Shown here: piece by piece, positions 37,264 to 46,514 of the stretch
Numbering within the stretch: the stretch's first letter is position 1
How the letters are laid out: every line of letters starts with the position of its first letter
From: a virus
Direction: 5' to 3' (one strand)
Length of the DNA stretch: 64,000 nt
Virus record (IMG/VR): IMGVR_UViG_3300034691_000049
Span: 1 to 64,000 of that record
Position numbers and translations under genes: made by a program
The notes under the pieces: generated by a model
Told to the model about the DNA's origin: nothing
What the model saw: the letters and a program-made list of their open reading frames with translations, nothing else
Database searches by the model: none

Positions 37264-37598
37264 TGCTTAGTCGGGCCAATTACAACAACCCGGCCAATAG
37301 CCGCACCATTGATGTACATGATGCCATCGTCGCTGATGGTGAAGCCCTGGGGCAGTTTAGAGCCAGATTTCTTTCCCGGTTCAGCTTTTTCAGGCTCAGC
37401 AGGGGTTTCGGCAGGTTCGGTGTTATACCTGCCGGACGGCACATCGCTCTTGACGCTACTGAACAGCTCAGCGGCGGCAACAGCCAATGTCTTCGATTCA
37501 TTGTGCTGGTTGATGTCGTAGAGGTCTTTTGCTGCACTCGCGAGCAAACTGGCTGCTTGTGCCGCTGCAAGCAGATCACGGTTACATTGTTCACACAT
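37260..37598 (-). CDS. hypothetical protein
   Basis: Likely start is MCEQCNR at 37598, with an AAGGA SD. Confidence 0.7.
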   Translation of the reverse strand: MCEQCNRDLLAAAQAASLLASAAKDLYDINQHNESKTLAVAAAELFSSVKSDVPSGRYNTEPAETPAEPEKAEPGKKSGSKLPQGFTISDDGIMYINGAAIGRVVVIGPTKH

Positions 37599-37611
37599 AA
37601 TGCATTCCTTC

Positions 37612-38570
37612 TGTTGGTGGGTGTTCTGGAAGTACATCTACCGCGGCTTCCCATGGCAACACTCACTACTGAGTGGCAGATGTACCACCAGAACACCATC
37701 TAAGTGCAAACCTCTCTTACGAGTCAGCTTGCGGAGATAATGTTCCGGGCGAGTAACCATCTCACAACTTTATAGGTTATTAGCCACAAACTTGCTTGTT
37801 CGTGTACAACTGACTTCGGCTGAAGTTATGTTGAGATTTAAATTCATTATTCCCCTGCCCGTCAGGTCAGAGGTACGCTAATACGGCTAACTTGCACGCT
37901 CGCGTAACCACATTTCTGTTTTTACCAAATTCAGCACTTACTCGTACTGTTAGGTACAGCGGCGGATCTTTTTAATACCCTAGGGGGTATTGGGGAACAC
38001 ACCGGCGTAACAGACCACTTCCAGTTACAAATGGTCGTTATCCCTCCCGGTATGCTCCCCAATACCACCGTAAACGGCGATATTGGGTTCGATCTTATGT
38101 TCGAACAGACATACCGACTCTATGCTCGTCGGGTCAGCAGCCCCTGCCCGGGACAAGGGTTCAAATGAGATTGGTGATGTCGGTAGTCACGGTCGGTCAT
38201 CACAAGCGCGTGAACGCTCAGCTTTACCTTCAATCTCAACCTGGGTGGCAGCATGATCGGTGCTACACCTGATCAGCTTCAGCTCTCATCCCACAGTTAG
38301 GATGACTTTCGCACAGCGCTATGAGGCTGATGCCTTGCTGCCAAATTAGGTGGCACTTCAGCTTTGTTTCTGTACCTGCCGTCGCGACGGCGTTTCTGAT
38401 GTCCAGAAGAAGTGCCATAAATTTCGGCTCGTTGTTTTCCAAACAGTTTTCGCGGTAACAAACGTCGTTCTGTTCGCCAACTTCAGTTGGTTTTGCTGTT
38501 CAGTACCGATCACAGCATTATCCGATCTGTATTTACAGGAGCACGAATGACACAGGCCCCTCCTGCCTTT
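37612..38570 (-). ncRNA. candidate large, highly structured non-coding RNA
   Basis: About 950 nt with no credible ORF and many nested helices: 37620-37629/37688-37697, 37986-38005/38047-38066, 38166-38173/38231-38238, 38247-38253/38336-38342, 38351-38359/38409-38417. Plus-strand A/C oppositions become G.U pairs on the minus strand. Confidence 0.65.
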
Positions 38571-38571
38571 T

Positions 38572-39042
38572 TTATACCGGTATATGGTCCGGGGTCGCAT
38601 TAACACCGATCTCGGGAGGCCGAGACGATGTTGCTACGATCTTGCTTCGCATTTCACGGCCACGGGCTGAGCCCTTATCCCATTCCATGCGATTGAAGTC
38701 GTCACCTTCAGGGAAGGCATTGACCAGTTGTTCTGGGTCCGGGACAGTCAGTGCCTGTTCCAAACCAAGGTTGTAAGCTGCCGTCGTGACCGACGGTACT
38801 GGGTCCGGCGAAGTGCCAGTCAGTTCGTACTGGGTCATGTACCCCACATAGGAGACATTGATCAGCACAGCCGCTTCGCCTAATTTGCGCTGCTCTTTCG
38901 CAGCATTCAAGATCGGGATCGACAGACTGCGCTTGTCAGACCAGACGTATGCACTGGCCGGCATGTAACTACCGACCTGTGCGACTGACCATACCGCAAG
39001 AAACCAGTGACGCTTGATGCTGCTGGGGTCTGCCTTGGCCAT
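38572..39042 (-). CDS. hypothetical protein
   Basis: 156 aa with GAGG SD; C-terminal AYNLG...NAFP...EWDKG is Rmf-like. Confidence 0.7.
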   Translation of the reverse strand: MAKADPSSIKRHWFLAVWSVAQVGSYMPASAYVWSDKRSLSIPILNAAKEQRKLGEAAVLINVSYVGYMTQYELTGTSPDPVPSVTTAAYNLGLEQALTVPDPEQLVNAFPEGDDFNRMEWDKGSARGREMRSKIVATSSRPPEIGVNATPDHIPV

Positions 39043-39085
39043 GTTCTACCTCTGGTTTGCCCTGGTTGCCCAGGGCGTTGCCTGA

Positions 39086-39463
39086 TCAGTCGAACAGGTT
39101 GTCGTCTTCGCCAGCGGCAGCAGGGACTTCAGCCAGGGCTTCAGTCGTGGTAGTCACAGGGACTTCCGCCGCTGCTTCGGCAACCTGCGCAGCTTCGCTT
39201 ACAGCCCCGGCTGGTGCAGTGTCCGGGACTTCGGCAAGCGGTGCAGAGGTGGTCACGGTTTCGGTCGCGTCGGATTTCGACTTTGGGGCAACCGGCGCTT
39301 CCGGCTTCGGGTCGGTGTCCAGGGTGCAGATCAGCTCTTTGGTGCCGCGCTTGAAGCTGAAATCGACGGAAGCTTTGCCCGGTTCGAAGGCAGTCATGCC
39401 TTTATTGCGCAGGTCGTTGATCAGGGCAGTTTCGAGGTCAGCGTGGGTCAGAATCAGTTGCAT
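39086..39463 (-). CDS. N4 gp46-like protein with an acidic low-complexity tail
   Basis: MQLILTHADLETAL...; ends EDDNLFD. Confidence 0.65.
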   Translation of the reverse strand: MQLILTHADLETALINDLRNKGMTAFEPGKASVDFSFKRGTKELICTLDTDPKPEAPVAPKSKSDATETVTTSAPLAEVPDTAPAGAVSEAAQVAEAAAEVPVTTTTEALAEVPAAAGEDDNLFD

Positions 39464-40023
39464 AATGCGGTTCCTTTATGGAATTGAATGAGTTGTTTGT
39501 ACTGGTCTGTGAGCAGACCCGCATAAATCGCGCCGATGGCGTCAGCCATGTGTTCGGCGTCACCGAGCAGGATTTCTCCTTTCGGTTTCCGGGGCCAGGG
39601 GGCTTCCGGGTGTTTTGCCACAGCCCAAGCGATCATTTGCTTTTTGGTTGCCGTTCGGCTGCCAACAGTCGCAAGTTTGACCTCATTGGGCGTTACTTCA
39701 AAAAATTGTGATTTGGCGCGTAGACCGCCCAAAACCCCAATGCAGATGCCAGAACAGAGCGAGGCGCGGGCGCTTTGACTACCTTGCGGAATCTCGGCGA
39801 AGTTTAAGCTCGCTGCCATGAAAGGAGCCACGCCCTCATATAACTGGTTTGCCGTGCGCAGATCTTGTGAATTCTGCCGCACCTGCTTTCCTTCGAGCGA
39901 TTCAGACCGCACAACCCGGAGAGTCTTGATGGTCACGATACCTGTGTCGGTATCTATCATACCGCCAGCTATGCCCCAATTCCGTGAGGAAGGGTCATGG
40001 CCGGCGACAGATAACCGAGCCAT
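39454..40023 (-). CDS. RuvC-like Holliday junction resolvase
   Basis: GHDPSSRNWG, FAEIPQGSQ, ATKKQMI and EHMADA are RNase-H-fold catalytic motifs. Confidence 0.85.
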   Translation of the reverse strand: MARLSVAGHDPSSRNWGIAGGMIDTDTGIVTIKTLRVVRSESLEGKQVRQNSQDLRTANQLYEGVAPFMAASLNFAEIPQGSQSARASLCSGICIGVLGGLRAKSQFFEVTPNEVKLATVGSRTATKKQMIAWAVAKHPEAPWPRKPKGEILLGDAEHMADAIGAIYAGLLTDQYKQLIQFHKGTALCN

Positions 40024-40574
40024 TACACACCAGCGCGAGCAAGGCGGCGTTGGAGCACTTCGACGTAGGACTTCATCAGCCCGTGTTGTTCGCGAAGGTC
40101 AGCAACCTCGTCATCTGACAGATTCAAGCTGGAAAGTTCGCCGCCGTCCAGTTTTGCTAGGAATTCAGACAAACCCATCAGACGAGCGGCAACCTGGAAC
40201 ATCTCGGTGATAACGCGCTGCACATGGTCAGGAAGTTCGCGCTGTTCCTGAGTCAGTGGGCGATTACCCCGGTGGATGTCCTCAGCCAGCATGAAGCCGG
40301 CCAGCGGCCACAGTTGGTCACGTGCATCGCGCATTGCCAGTTGTTTGCCCAGTGCTTCGTCGTAATTCTCCGGGCATACACTGCCCAGGTTCTTACCGAC
40401 GACGGTGAGGCCGTTGTGCAAGGTCAGGATGCAAAGCAGGATCGAAGGTTCGATCTTGATCAGCTCCGTGGACTTGATCATGGCGTCCAAAGCAGCCGGT
40501 GTAACACGCGGGGCATTGGTGAGGCCTTTGGCTTGAATCTGGGACTCAAGCGCTTGTTCGGCGGGTGAAGACAT
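40023..40574 (-). CDS. N4 gp49/Sf6 gp66-family domain fused to a crAss001_48-like helical domain
   Basis: APRVTP...LCILTLHNGLTVVG...PENYDEALG...QLWPLAGF, followed by HVQRVITE...REQHGLMKSYVEVLQRR. Confidence 0.75.
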   Translation of the reverse strand: MSSPAEQALESQIQAKGLTNAPRVTPAALDAMIKSTELIKIEPSILLCILTLHNGLTVVGKNLGSVCPENYDEALGKQLAMRDARDQLWPLAGFMLAEDIHRGNRPLTQEQRELPDHVQRVITEMFQVAARLMGLSEFLAKLDGGELSSLNLSDDEVADLREQHGLMKSYVEVLQRRLARAGV

Positions 40575-40619
40575 GGACAGCTCCTGAAATGGGGCCGGTT
40601 ACCCGACCCAGGGTGGTGT

Positions 40620-41405
40620 TCAGTCGAACAACGAATCAACTTCGGCGCCGGACGCGTCAGTTGGGGTGCCAGCAGGACCGGCGCCGCCAGCTTCAGGCAC
40701 GAGGCCTTCTTTCTTGACTTTGTCGATCACTTTGCCTTTGTTGGCTTCGACCCACTTGTCGTAGAAGTCGGCCGTCGGCGCGGCGCCGGACTGTTTGGCC
40801 TGGCGCAGTTCAGCGATGGTGCACTTGTTGTCGGCGAAGAAGATCTTGCCGATTTCGTTGCTGAAGCGGGTGATCGGGGCACCGGTTGCATCGCAGACCG
40901 GTACATAGTCGTTGCCGACTTTCTTCGTCTTGTTCTCTTCGACCTTCAGCAGGCCCAGGATGAACTGTTTACCGATCAGCTCGACCGCCATTGGCACTTC
41001 AGTCGGCACGTCGGTTTTGGTATCGAAGTTGCGCAACTTGACGATTTTGGTCTCGAAGTTCAGCGCGTTCAGTTCTTTCTTGGCGCAGAACATCGAGATG
41101 GCGTTCATGTTGTTGAAGCCGGGCAGGTAGGACTTCTTGCCGTCACGTTCGTAGTACGGCTTGTTGCCCTTGGCATCGCCGGAGGTGACCCACTCGGTGA
41201 ACTTGTGTTTACGTCCGTCGGCACCCTGGACTTCCAGAGTCATGGAACCGGCGCCGCCTTTGGACTTACCGGCGAAGGCCGACAGGATGGTCACCAGATA
41301 CGCATCGGTTTCCCAGGTGAAACTGCCGCCGAGGCGGTCACTGTCGGTTTCGATTTGTTCGTTGGTGGTGTTAGCGGTGTTGGCAAAAGGGTTGAGACTG
41401 CTCAT
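40620..41405 (-). CDS. ssb: N4-type single-stranded DNA-binding protein
   Basis: DSDRLGG, WVTSG...YYERDGKKSYLPGF and C-terminal SLFD; 261 aa. Confidence 0.85.
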   Translation of the reverse strand: MSSLNPFANTANTTNEQIETDSDRLGGSFTWETDAYLVTILSAFAGKSKGGAGSMTLEVQGADGRKHKFTEWVTSGDAKGNKPYYERDGKKSYLPGFNNMNAISMFCAKKELNALNFETKIVKLRNFDTKTDVPTEVPMAVELIGKQFILGLLKVEENKTKKVGNDYVPVCDATGAPITRFSNEIGKIFFADNKCTIAELRQAKQSGAAPTADFYDKWVEANKGKVIDKVKKEGLVPEAGGAGPAGTPTDASGAEVDSLFD

Positions 41406-41449
41406 CGTGTTGCTCCAAATTTAAGGGAAGGTGAATGAATATCGCAATA

Positions 41450-41466
41450 GCCCCCGGAGGGGGCCA
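41450..41466 (-). terminator. GC hairpin between the AAA and ssb genes
   Basis: GCCCCC-GGA-GGGGGC; T-tail is weak. Confidence 0.4.
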
Positions 41467-42180
41467 CTAGACGTAATATTCGTCCATACGGTCAATGACA
41501 TTCTGGATGTCGTTATCGATGAAAACTTCGTTGTCGGCCCACATCAGCATAGGACCGCGGATGCGCGTATTAAGCGTATCCTTCGTGACCTCGGTCTGAT
41601 AGACGTGCTTGAAGCCAACGGCACGTTCTTTGTCGGTGATCTTCAGCAGCGGGCTGCCTTCGACCAGGTCGGAGATCTTCACCTTCTGGCACATGAGCAC
41701 CAGCGAGAAATAGGCTTCGATGCCTTGGTTCTTCAGCGAACCGGCGACCGGGATGGCAGTTTCCATCACCATCGCAGTTTCGTTGTAGGTATCGAGCGTG
41801 TGCGCGAGGAAGATAACTTTCTTGGTGGACTTGGCCACGTCAACCTGCATGGTTGACTTGAAGAACTCGGCAAAGTTGCCCCACGCAGCGCGACCATCGG
41901 CCGCAGGCTTGACGTACTGGCTGATGTACATATCGAGCCAGAAGGTCAACGTGTCAATGACGATGACTTTGATGTTGTCGTGTTTTTCAGCCCAGGCGAA
42001 AGCTTCTTTCACTTGGTTTGGGTTCGTCACGGTTCGCTGCACAAACTTCGCAGGGAACGGCAGACGCTTGCCAGCTTCGCAGTTCAAATACAGAACTGAT
42101 TCAGGGTCGCGCAGATTTCGCAGGGAAGCAGACTTGCCGCTGCCCGATTTGCCGCAAATGAGCGCCAAATGTTCATTCAT
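41467..42180 (-). CDS. AAA ATPase (N4 gp44/Sak4-like)
   Basis: Walker A GKSGSGKS and Walker B IVIDT. Confidence 0.85.
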   Translation of the reverse strand: MNEHLALICGKSGSGKSASLRNLRDPESVLYLNCEAGKRLPFPAKFVQRTVTNPNQVKEAFAWAEKHDNIKVIVIDTLTFWLDMYISQYVKPAADGRAAWGNFAEFFKSTMQVDVAKSTKKVIFLAHTLDTYNETAMVMETAIPVAGSLKNQGIEAYFSLVLMCQKVKISDLVEGSPLLKITDKERAVGFKHVYQTEVTKDTLNTRIRGPMLMWADNEVFIDNDIQNVIDRMDEYYV

Positions 42181-42235
42181 GGGAATACTCCAGAAAAGAG
42201 ATCACAAAAGCCCCGGGACGGGGCCAGTGTGAAGG

Positions 42236-44392
42236 TTATGGGCGTGCCGCGAGTTCTTTGCCGACAGTGACCATGATTGAACCGAGAATCTCGGCTTCGG
42301 ATAACTTGTCTGCCAACTTATCGTTGAGAGACGTAACGTGGTCCTTGATTTCGGCCCAGTTCTTCCCGGCCTCGATCAACAGACGGGCATAGCGATGCAA
42401 CATGACGTTGCGGTTGCCATCGCCCGTGTTGTTGATGATCCAGCGTTCCAGATTGTCCATTTGCTGTTGGCTGCCCAACCGCTGAAGACGTTCTTCGTTT
42501 TTACTGGTTTTCGGGATGAAAGGCAGGACATCGAACAGCTCGCCATCAACTTGCTCGAAGTTGGCGTTATGCGACATCCATTTCTTGCTTCGGTGGGTAC
42601 ACGATTCATCCACTTCAAACGGCAGAGATTCCAGCACGTTCTTCATGAATTCCTTGTATTCCTTCGCATCCATCTGCAACACGTAGTTCGTGGGCAGAAC
42701 GATACGAAACCGGTTTGCATCTTCGGTGTGGCGCTTGGTCGTGTAGTAAATCGCGGCGTAGTCTTTCATGAGCATCTTGGCCGTAGCCAAGTTCATGGTT
42801 CCGTCGATATCCAGCACGATCATGTTGAAGCCGGGAATACAAGTGTCCTCGGTGCGGTGCCCGCCGTGAACGTGGTGGTTCAGCCAGTGCAGATCGGTTC
42901 CGGTAACCAGACGTTCCAATTGAGTCCACGGAGCTGTCTTGTTTGCGTAACCATGCGCCGGATGTTCACCGGCACCGCCGCGAGCATACGACACCACCAT
43001 TTTGGTCAGGTCAGTGACCTTCAGCTTCTCGCCACGCAGGAATTCAATCCCGTCGGTGAAAGCTTTCTTGATGATGACGTTGTTCTTGTAGCCCCAGGCG
43101 ATTGCCATCTTGACCATGTCCGAGCGCGCTGCCTGGCTGCCCTTGTAATAAGGCAAGTCCTGCATCAGGTCCGGTTCGGTCACTTCCGTGCCACAGTTCC
43201 CCAGATAATTCGCCAACTTAACGTAGGGGCGTTCACGAGACAGCAGAAGCTCGAAAGCCTTGCCGCTTTCTTCAGCAAGCTTTACTGCTTGGTAGAAATG
43301 CGTTTCCGTCAGCTCAGGCGAGCCGTCGATGAACGCATATGCACCAGCAGCCTTCAAAGCCTTGAAGTAGCGGTGAGAAATTTCCGCTTTGCGTTGTTCT
43401 TCGTGTTCTGGCAGGGAATCTGCAAAACGCTCGCAGTCGATCTTGTACTGGATCACCAGCAAGCTGGTTTCCTTGGTCATCGTCAACACGGTGCCCATGT
43501 TGTGCGAATCGGCCAAGTAGCCCAACTTTTCGCTGAAGGAATCGACAAACGTGGACGAAACTTTGTTCGTCATACGGTCATAGATCTCTTCGGCAGACAG
43601 CGTCAGATCGCGGGTGCTTTCTTTGCCGTAGCTGAAGAAACAGCGGCGAGCGTAGCCGGTATCGAGCAATGAAATCAGCTCGTCTTCCGTCTTGCCACCA
43701 TCGAGCAGTTTCGACGGTGTACCGAACATCATGAGGTTCGTCGGCGTGTTGCCGTCGATTTCCTCGTGACGTACGTTTTCGGCTGTCACTTTGGTGATCT
43801 TCTGACGAATGCCACCCATGTCGAACAGTTCCAGCAGTGTTGTGAGCACTTCGGCACTACCTGACAGGTTGGAACCAATTTCGTCGATGATCAAGTTCAC
43901 CGAGCCGCCGTCGGCGAGCAACAGCTTGTGACGCATCTGCTTTACAGCGGCAGGTGTGCCAGAGTCGAAGCTATAAACCAGAGGACCAAGGGAAGCGAAT
44001 TCCTTCTTGATCTTTTCCAGCTCAAAGTCGTAATCCGTCGAATCCCGACTGGATCGCTTGAGTGCGATCTTTGCAAGATTCGGTTCTGCGGTGAACGGAA
44101 AGTTTTCCAGGAAACGACTGCGGAATTGGTTGGTAATTTCCTTTTCCAGAATGTTCGTCGAGAAACCTTTACCGGCACCGGAGGTGGCGAGGTTCAGGGC
44201 GTACATGTTGACTGGAATGTCACCGCGATCATGAGTGCGGATCACTACCCGCATTTGTGAGGCGATCATGCACAAGTGGAACGTCGTCAGCACGCGGAAG
44301 AACAAATGGTTCGAACTCTGTGTCTTTTCACACAGAATCCGTACCACGTCTTCCACGTCGGGGTTATGCGACATGTCTTCGACAGCTTTCAT
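42236..44392 (-). CDS. N4 gp43-like DNA primase
   Basis: 718 aa; P-loop ATSGAGKG, AEP-like VLDID...YTTKRH...RFRIVLP, and PriCT-like GNRN. Confidence 0.85.
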   Translation of the reverse strand: MKAVEDMSHNPDVEDVVRILCEKTQSSNHLFFRVLTTFHLCMIASQMRVVIRTHDRGDIPVNMYALNLATSGAGKGFSTNILEKEITNQFRSRFLENFPFTAEPNLAKIALKRSSRDSTDYDFELEKIKKEFASLGPLVYSFDSGTPAAVKQMRHKLLLADGGSVNLIIDEIGSNLSGSAEVLTTLLELFDMGGIRQKITKVTAENVRHEEIDGNTPTNLMMFGTPSKLLDGGKTEDELISLLDTGYARRCFFSYGKESTRDLTLSAEEIYDRMTNKVSSTFVDSFSEKLGYLADSHNMGTVLTMTKETSLLVIQYKIDCERFADSLPEHEEQRKAEISHRYFKALKAAGAYAFIDGSPELTETHFYQAVKLAEESGKAFELLLSRERPYVKLANYLGNCGTEVTEPDLMQDLPYYKGSQAARSDMVKMAIAWGYKNNVIIKKAFTDGIEFLRGEKLKVTDLTKMVVSYARGGAGEHPAHGYANKTAPWTQLERLVTGTDLHWLNHHVHGGHRTEDTCIPGFNMIVLDIDGTMNLATAKMLMKDYAAIYYTTKRHTEDANRFRIVLPTNYVLQMDAKEYKEFMKNVLESLPFEVDESCTHRSKKWMSHNANFEQVDGELFDVLPFIPKTSKNEERLQRLGSQQQMDNLERWIINNTGDGNRNVMLHRYARLLIEAGKNWAEIKDHVTSLNDKLADKLSEAEILGSIMVTVGKELAARP

Positions 44393-44410
44393 TGATATCT
44401 CCGTATTCGG

Positions 44411-45424
44411 CTACAGAACCAGATCGCCGCACGCAATGAGCGCGTCTTTCTGTTTGCACGCAAGGAATGCGTTGCAATATTTGCAGCCGGTGACACCGCC
44501 GCGTTTGGTGACTACTACGCCACCTTTTGTGGCGACCAGGAGATCAGCATCCGCTTTGTTGTCAAAGTTTTTGGTGGATCGGGCACCCGGCTCGCTTGCT
44601 TTCGCCGCTTTGGCAAAATAGCGATAGGTGTCCGGCTTGCGCCACAGTTCCTTGTCGGAGCAGGGTGGCATATCTTCTTCCGGCGCATGCTCAAGGTCAA
44701 TGAGCTGCTGCACTTTGCCTTCGACGTAGACCTGGGTCTCTTCGAGGGTCAAGAGCTGCAATTTGCGCGTATGCATGCGGGCTGGTGGGTAATTGTCCGG
44801 GTTCATGTTGCGATCCCGGCCATTCCAGTCAGTGAACTGAAAAGTGAGGTTCATCCACGGCTTCGTTACCTTTTCTGGATTCAGCCAGCGGTACATGCTG
44901 CCTTGCAGGATGTAGGCCTCGAAGTCAGCCATCAGGTACTTGTAGACCGAGGTATTTTTCAAATCCTCGACCGCGCCGTCACCGATGAAGTCAAACTTAC
45001 CGGAGACCTTGATGCCGAGAACAACTTTGCTGCTGCGGATTTCCGTGTAGACCGGAATGATGCCACCGGCCGCGACTTCTTCTTCGGACGGGTTGACCCG
45101 GACCTTACGGGCCACTCCAGGCGGATGACCCAGAGCAATCAGGGTGTCTGCCAGCTTGGGCGACTTCCATGCTGCCTCGAAGGCGTCATGGATGGCGGTG
45201 CCGTTACTGCTCGGGATCATGTCCGCAACGTCCGTAGACATCATCCCAGGCGGTACACGGCGGGCCAAGATCACTTGCTTCACTGGTTTCAGCAGTGTGG
45301 TGACCGACAGGCCGGCTTCTTCTCGGTCATACGTTTCATGTGCGAGGTAAACCTGCGCGAACAGCGACAAACCAGTGTTATTGGTGAACTTCATGTTTGT
45401 TGCTCCGGTTGTTCGGCCAGCCAC
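44411..45424 (-). CDS. PD-(D/E)XK exonuclease (N4 gp42-like)
   Basis: SGKFDFIGDGAVEDLK and a C-terminal Cys cluster (C...CKYC...C). Confidence 0.8.
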   Translation of the reverse strand: MAGRTTGATNMKFTNNTGLSLFAQVYLAHETYDREEAGLSVTTLLKPVKQVILARRVPPGMMSTDVADMIPSSNGTAIHDAFEAAWKSPKLADTLIALGHPPGVARKVRVNPSEEEVAAGGIIPVYTEIRSSKVVLGIKVSGKFDFIGDGAVEDLKNTSVYKYLMADFEAYILQGSMYRWLNPEKVTKPWMNLTFQFTDWNGRDRNMNPDNYPPARMHTRKLQLLTLEETQVYVEGKVQQLIDLEHAPEEDMPPCSDKELWRKPDTYRYFAKAAKASEPGARSTKNFDNKADADLLVATKGGVVVTKRGGVTGCKYCNAFLACKQKDALIACGDLVL

Positions 45425-45786
45425 GCCCCGAGGGTGCGGTGAGCCTCCTTGAGGTCGTGGTAGACGGACTTGCCGCCAGTTCGTGTGCCAGGCACCAGAA
45501 GCTTCTTGCGTGCGTGATACAGGCGCGAGGAAGGCAATGGGAACAGGTCATCCACCCGATAGGTGTCGATGGCCCGCCAATGATCAGGCAAAGGTTTCCA
45601 GTAAGCCGGGAAATCCAGGGCCATTTGCTCAGCTTCAGTATCTTCACCGCGTACGGTGCCGTAATGAGGAACAAGTCGCCCCATGTTGTTCACAGTGTAA
45701 AGCTGCCCCCCTTTAATAGGGTCGCAATTTACGTCGTGGATGTATTGGTTGGGTTTAACAAGGGGAGTTCGCGTAGGAGTATTCAT
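45391..45786 (-). CDS. DUF3310-related protein
   Basis: IDTYRV...HARKKLLVPGTRTGGKSVYHDLKEA. Confidence 0.55.
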   Translation of the reverse strand: MNTPTRTPLVKPNQYIHDVNCDPIKGGQLYTVNNMGRLVPHYGTVRGEDTEAEQMALDFPAYWKPLPDHWRAIDTYRVDDLFPLPSSRLYHARKKLLVPGTRTGGKSVYHDLKEAHRTLGAWLAEQPEQQT

Positions 45787-46234
45787 GCGTATTTATTGGC
45801 CTCTCAAGCCAGCCGTTGTCGATAATTTGATCAACCTCCATGCCATTGCCAAAACCGCAACGTGTCAGGTGGAAGATCGCCAGTTTGGCCGCAGCCATGT
45901 ACTTGCGGGCCTGACGGTCCTCAATATTCATGACGACCATGATCAGCTCAGTGCTGATTCGTTTATTGCGTGAGAGCAAACCATACAGCCGAGGGGCTGA
46001 TAGGTTCCTGTCACTGCCTTGATCTAACGCGGCGATACCAGTGATGACATCATCAACGGCGGCGTTGTAGTACATAGAGGGTAGCTGCGAGAGGGCGTCC
46101 TGATGTGGGTTGGCTACCCAGCGTGTGCGTGGACCCCCAATGGCCATTTTATCAGTTTGATAATCACGAATCTTGTCTGTCCGTGGTTTTCCCAGGCATC
46201 CCCACAGGGTAGGGAAGTCGTCAATGTGGGGCAT
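45755..46234 (-). CDS. hypothetical protein with a possible C-terminal HTH
   Basis: AAGGA SD; ISTELIMVVMNIEDRQARKYMAA. Confidence 0.6.
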   Translation of the reverse strand: MPHIDDFPTLWGCLGKPRTDKIRDYQTDKMAIGGPRTRWVANPHQDALSQLPSMYYNAAVDDVITGIAALDQGSDRNLSAPRLYGLLSRNKRISTELIMVVMNIEDRQARKYMAAAKLAIFHLTRCGFGNGMEVDQIIDNGWLERPINTHEYSYANSPC

Positions 46235-46488
46235 GCAGCGTCCTTAAAAACTGGTGGTTAAAAAATGATCAGTAAACGGCCCCGTTATATAAGAGGGGGC
46301 TCACCTCCCCCGTCGGCGCCTAATGCGCAAGTGCTCCCGGAGGGAGCCCATCCCCTCAACACCCAACCCCACACCCGGGCACGACCTGACGCGTCCGCGC
46401 CCAATCGAGTGAGCGAAGCGAACGAGTGCCGGGATGCGGAAAGCGGAAGGGAGTGACCAGAAATTGAACAAAAAATAAACAGACAAAG

Positions 46489-46514
46489 AAAAACCCCCAG
46501 AAAATGGGGGTTTT
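46489..46514. terminator. terminator-like hairpin in the divergent intergenic region
   Basis: AAAACCCCC-AGAAAAT-GGGGGTTTT. Confidence 0.55.

Noticed and set aside
37860-37910. Minus-strand AGCCGTAT resembling the start of group II intron domain V
   Set aside because: The rest of domain V/VI is absent, and there is no interrupted gene or RT/maturase.
37612-38570. tmRNA, CRISPR array or group I intron explanation for the structured region
   Set aside because: I found no tRNA-like T-arm/CCA end or tag ORF, no regularly spaced direct repeats, and the flanking ORFs are not halves of one gene. A covariance search is still needed to exclude these formally.
38350-38606. ORF-track entries 38350-38550 (+), 38358-38606 (-) and the 5' extension of 37260-37637
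   Set aside because: No convincing SD or protein-like features. They overlap perfect helices better explained by RNA structure, and the 37260 ORF has a good SD at 37598.
44411-45424. Cas4-like nuclease as evidence of a CRISPR system
   Set aside because: It is a core N4-like replication-region nuclease, and there are no cas genes or array.
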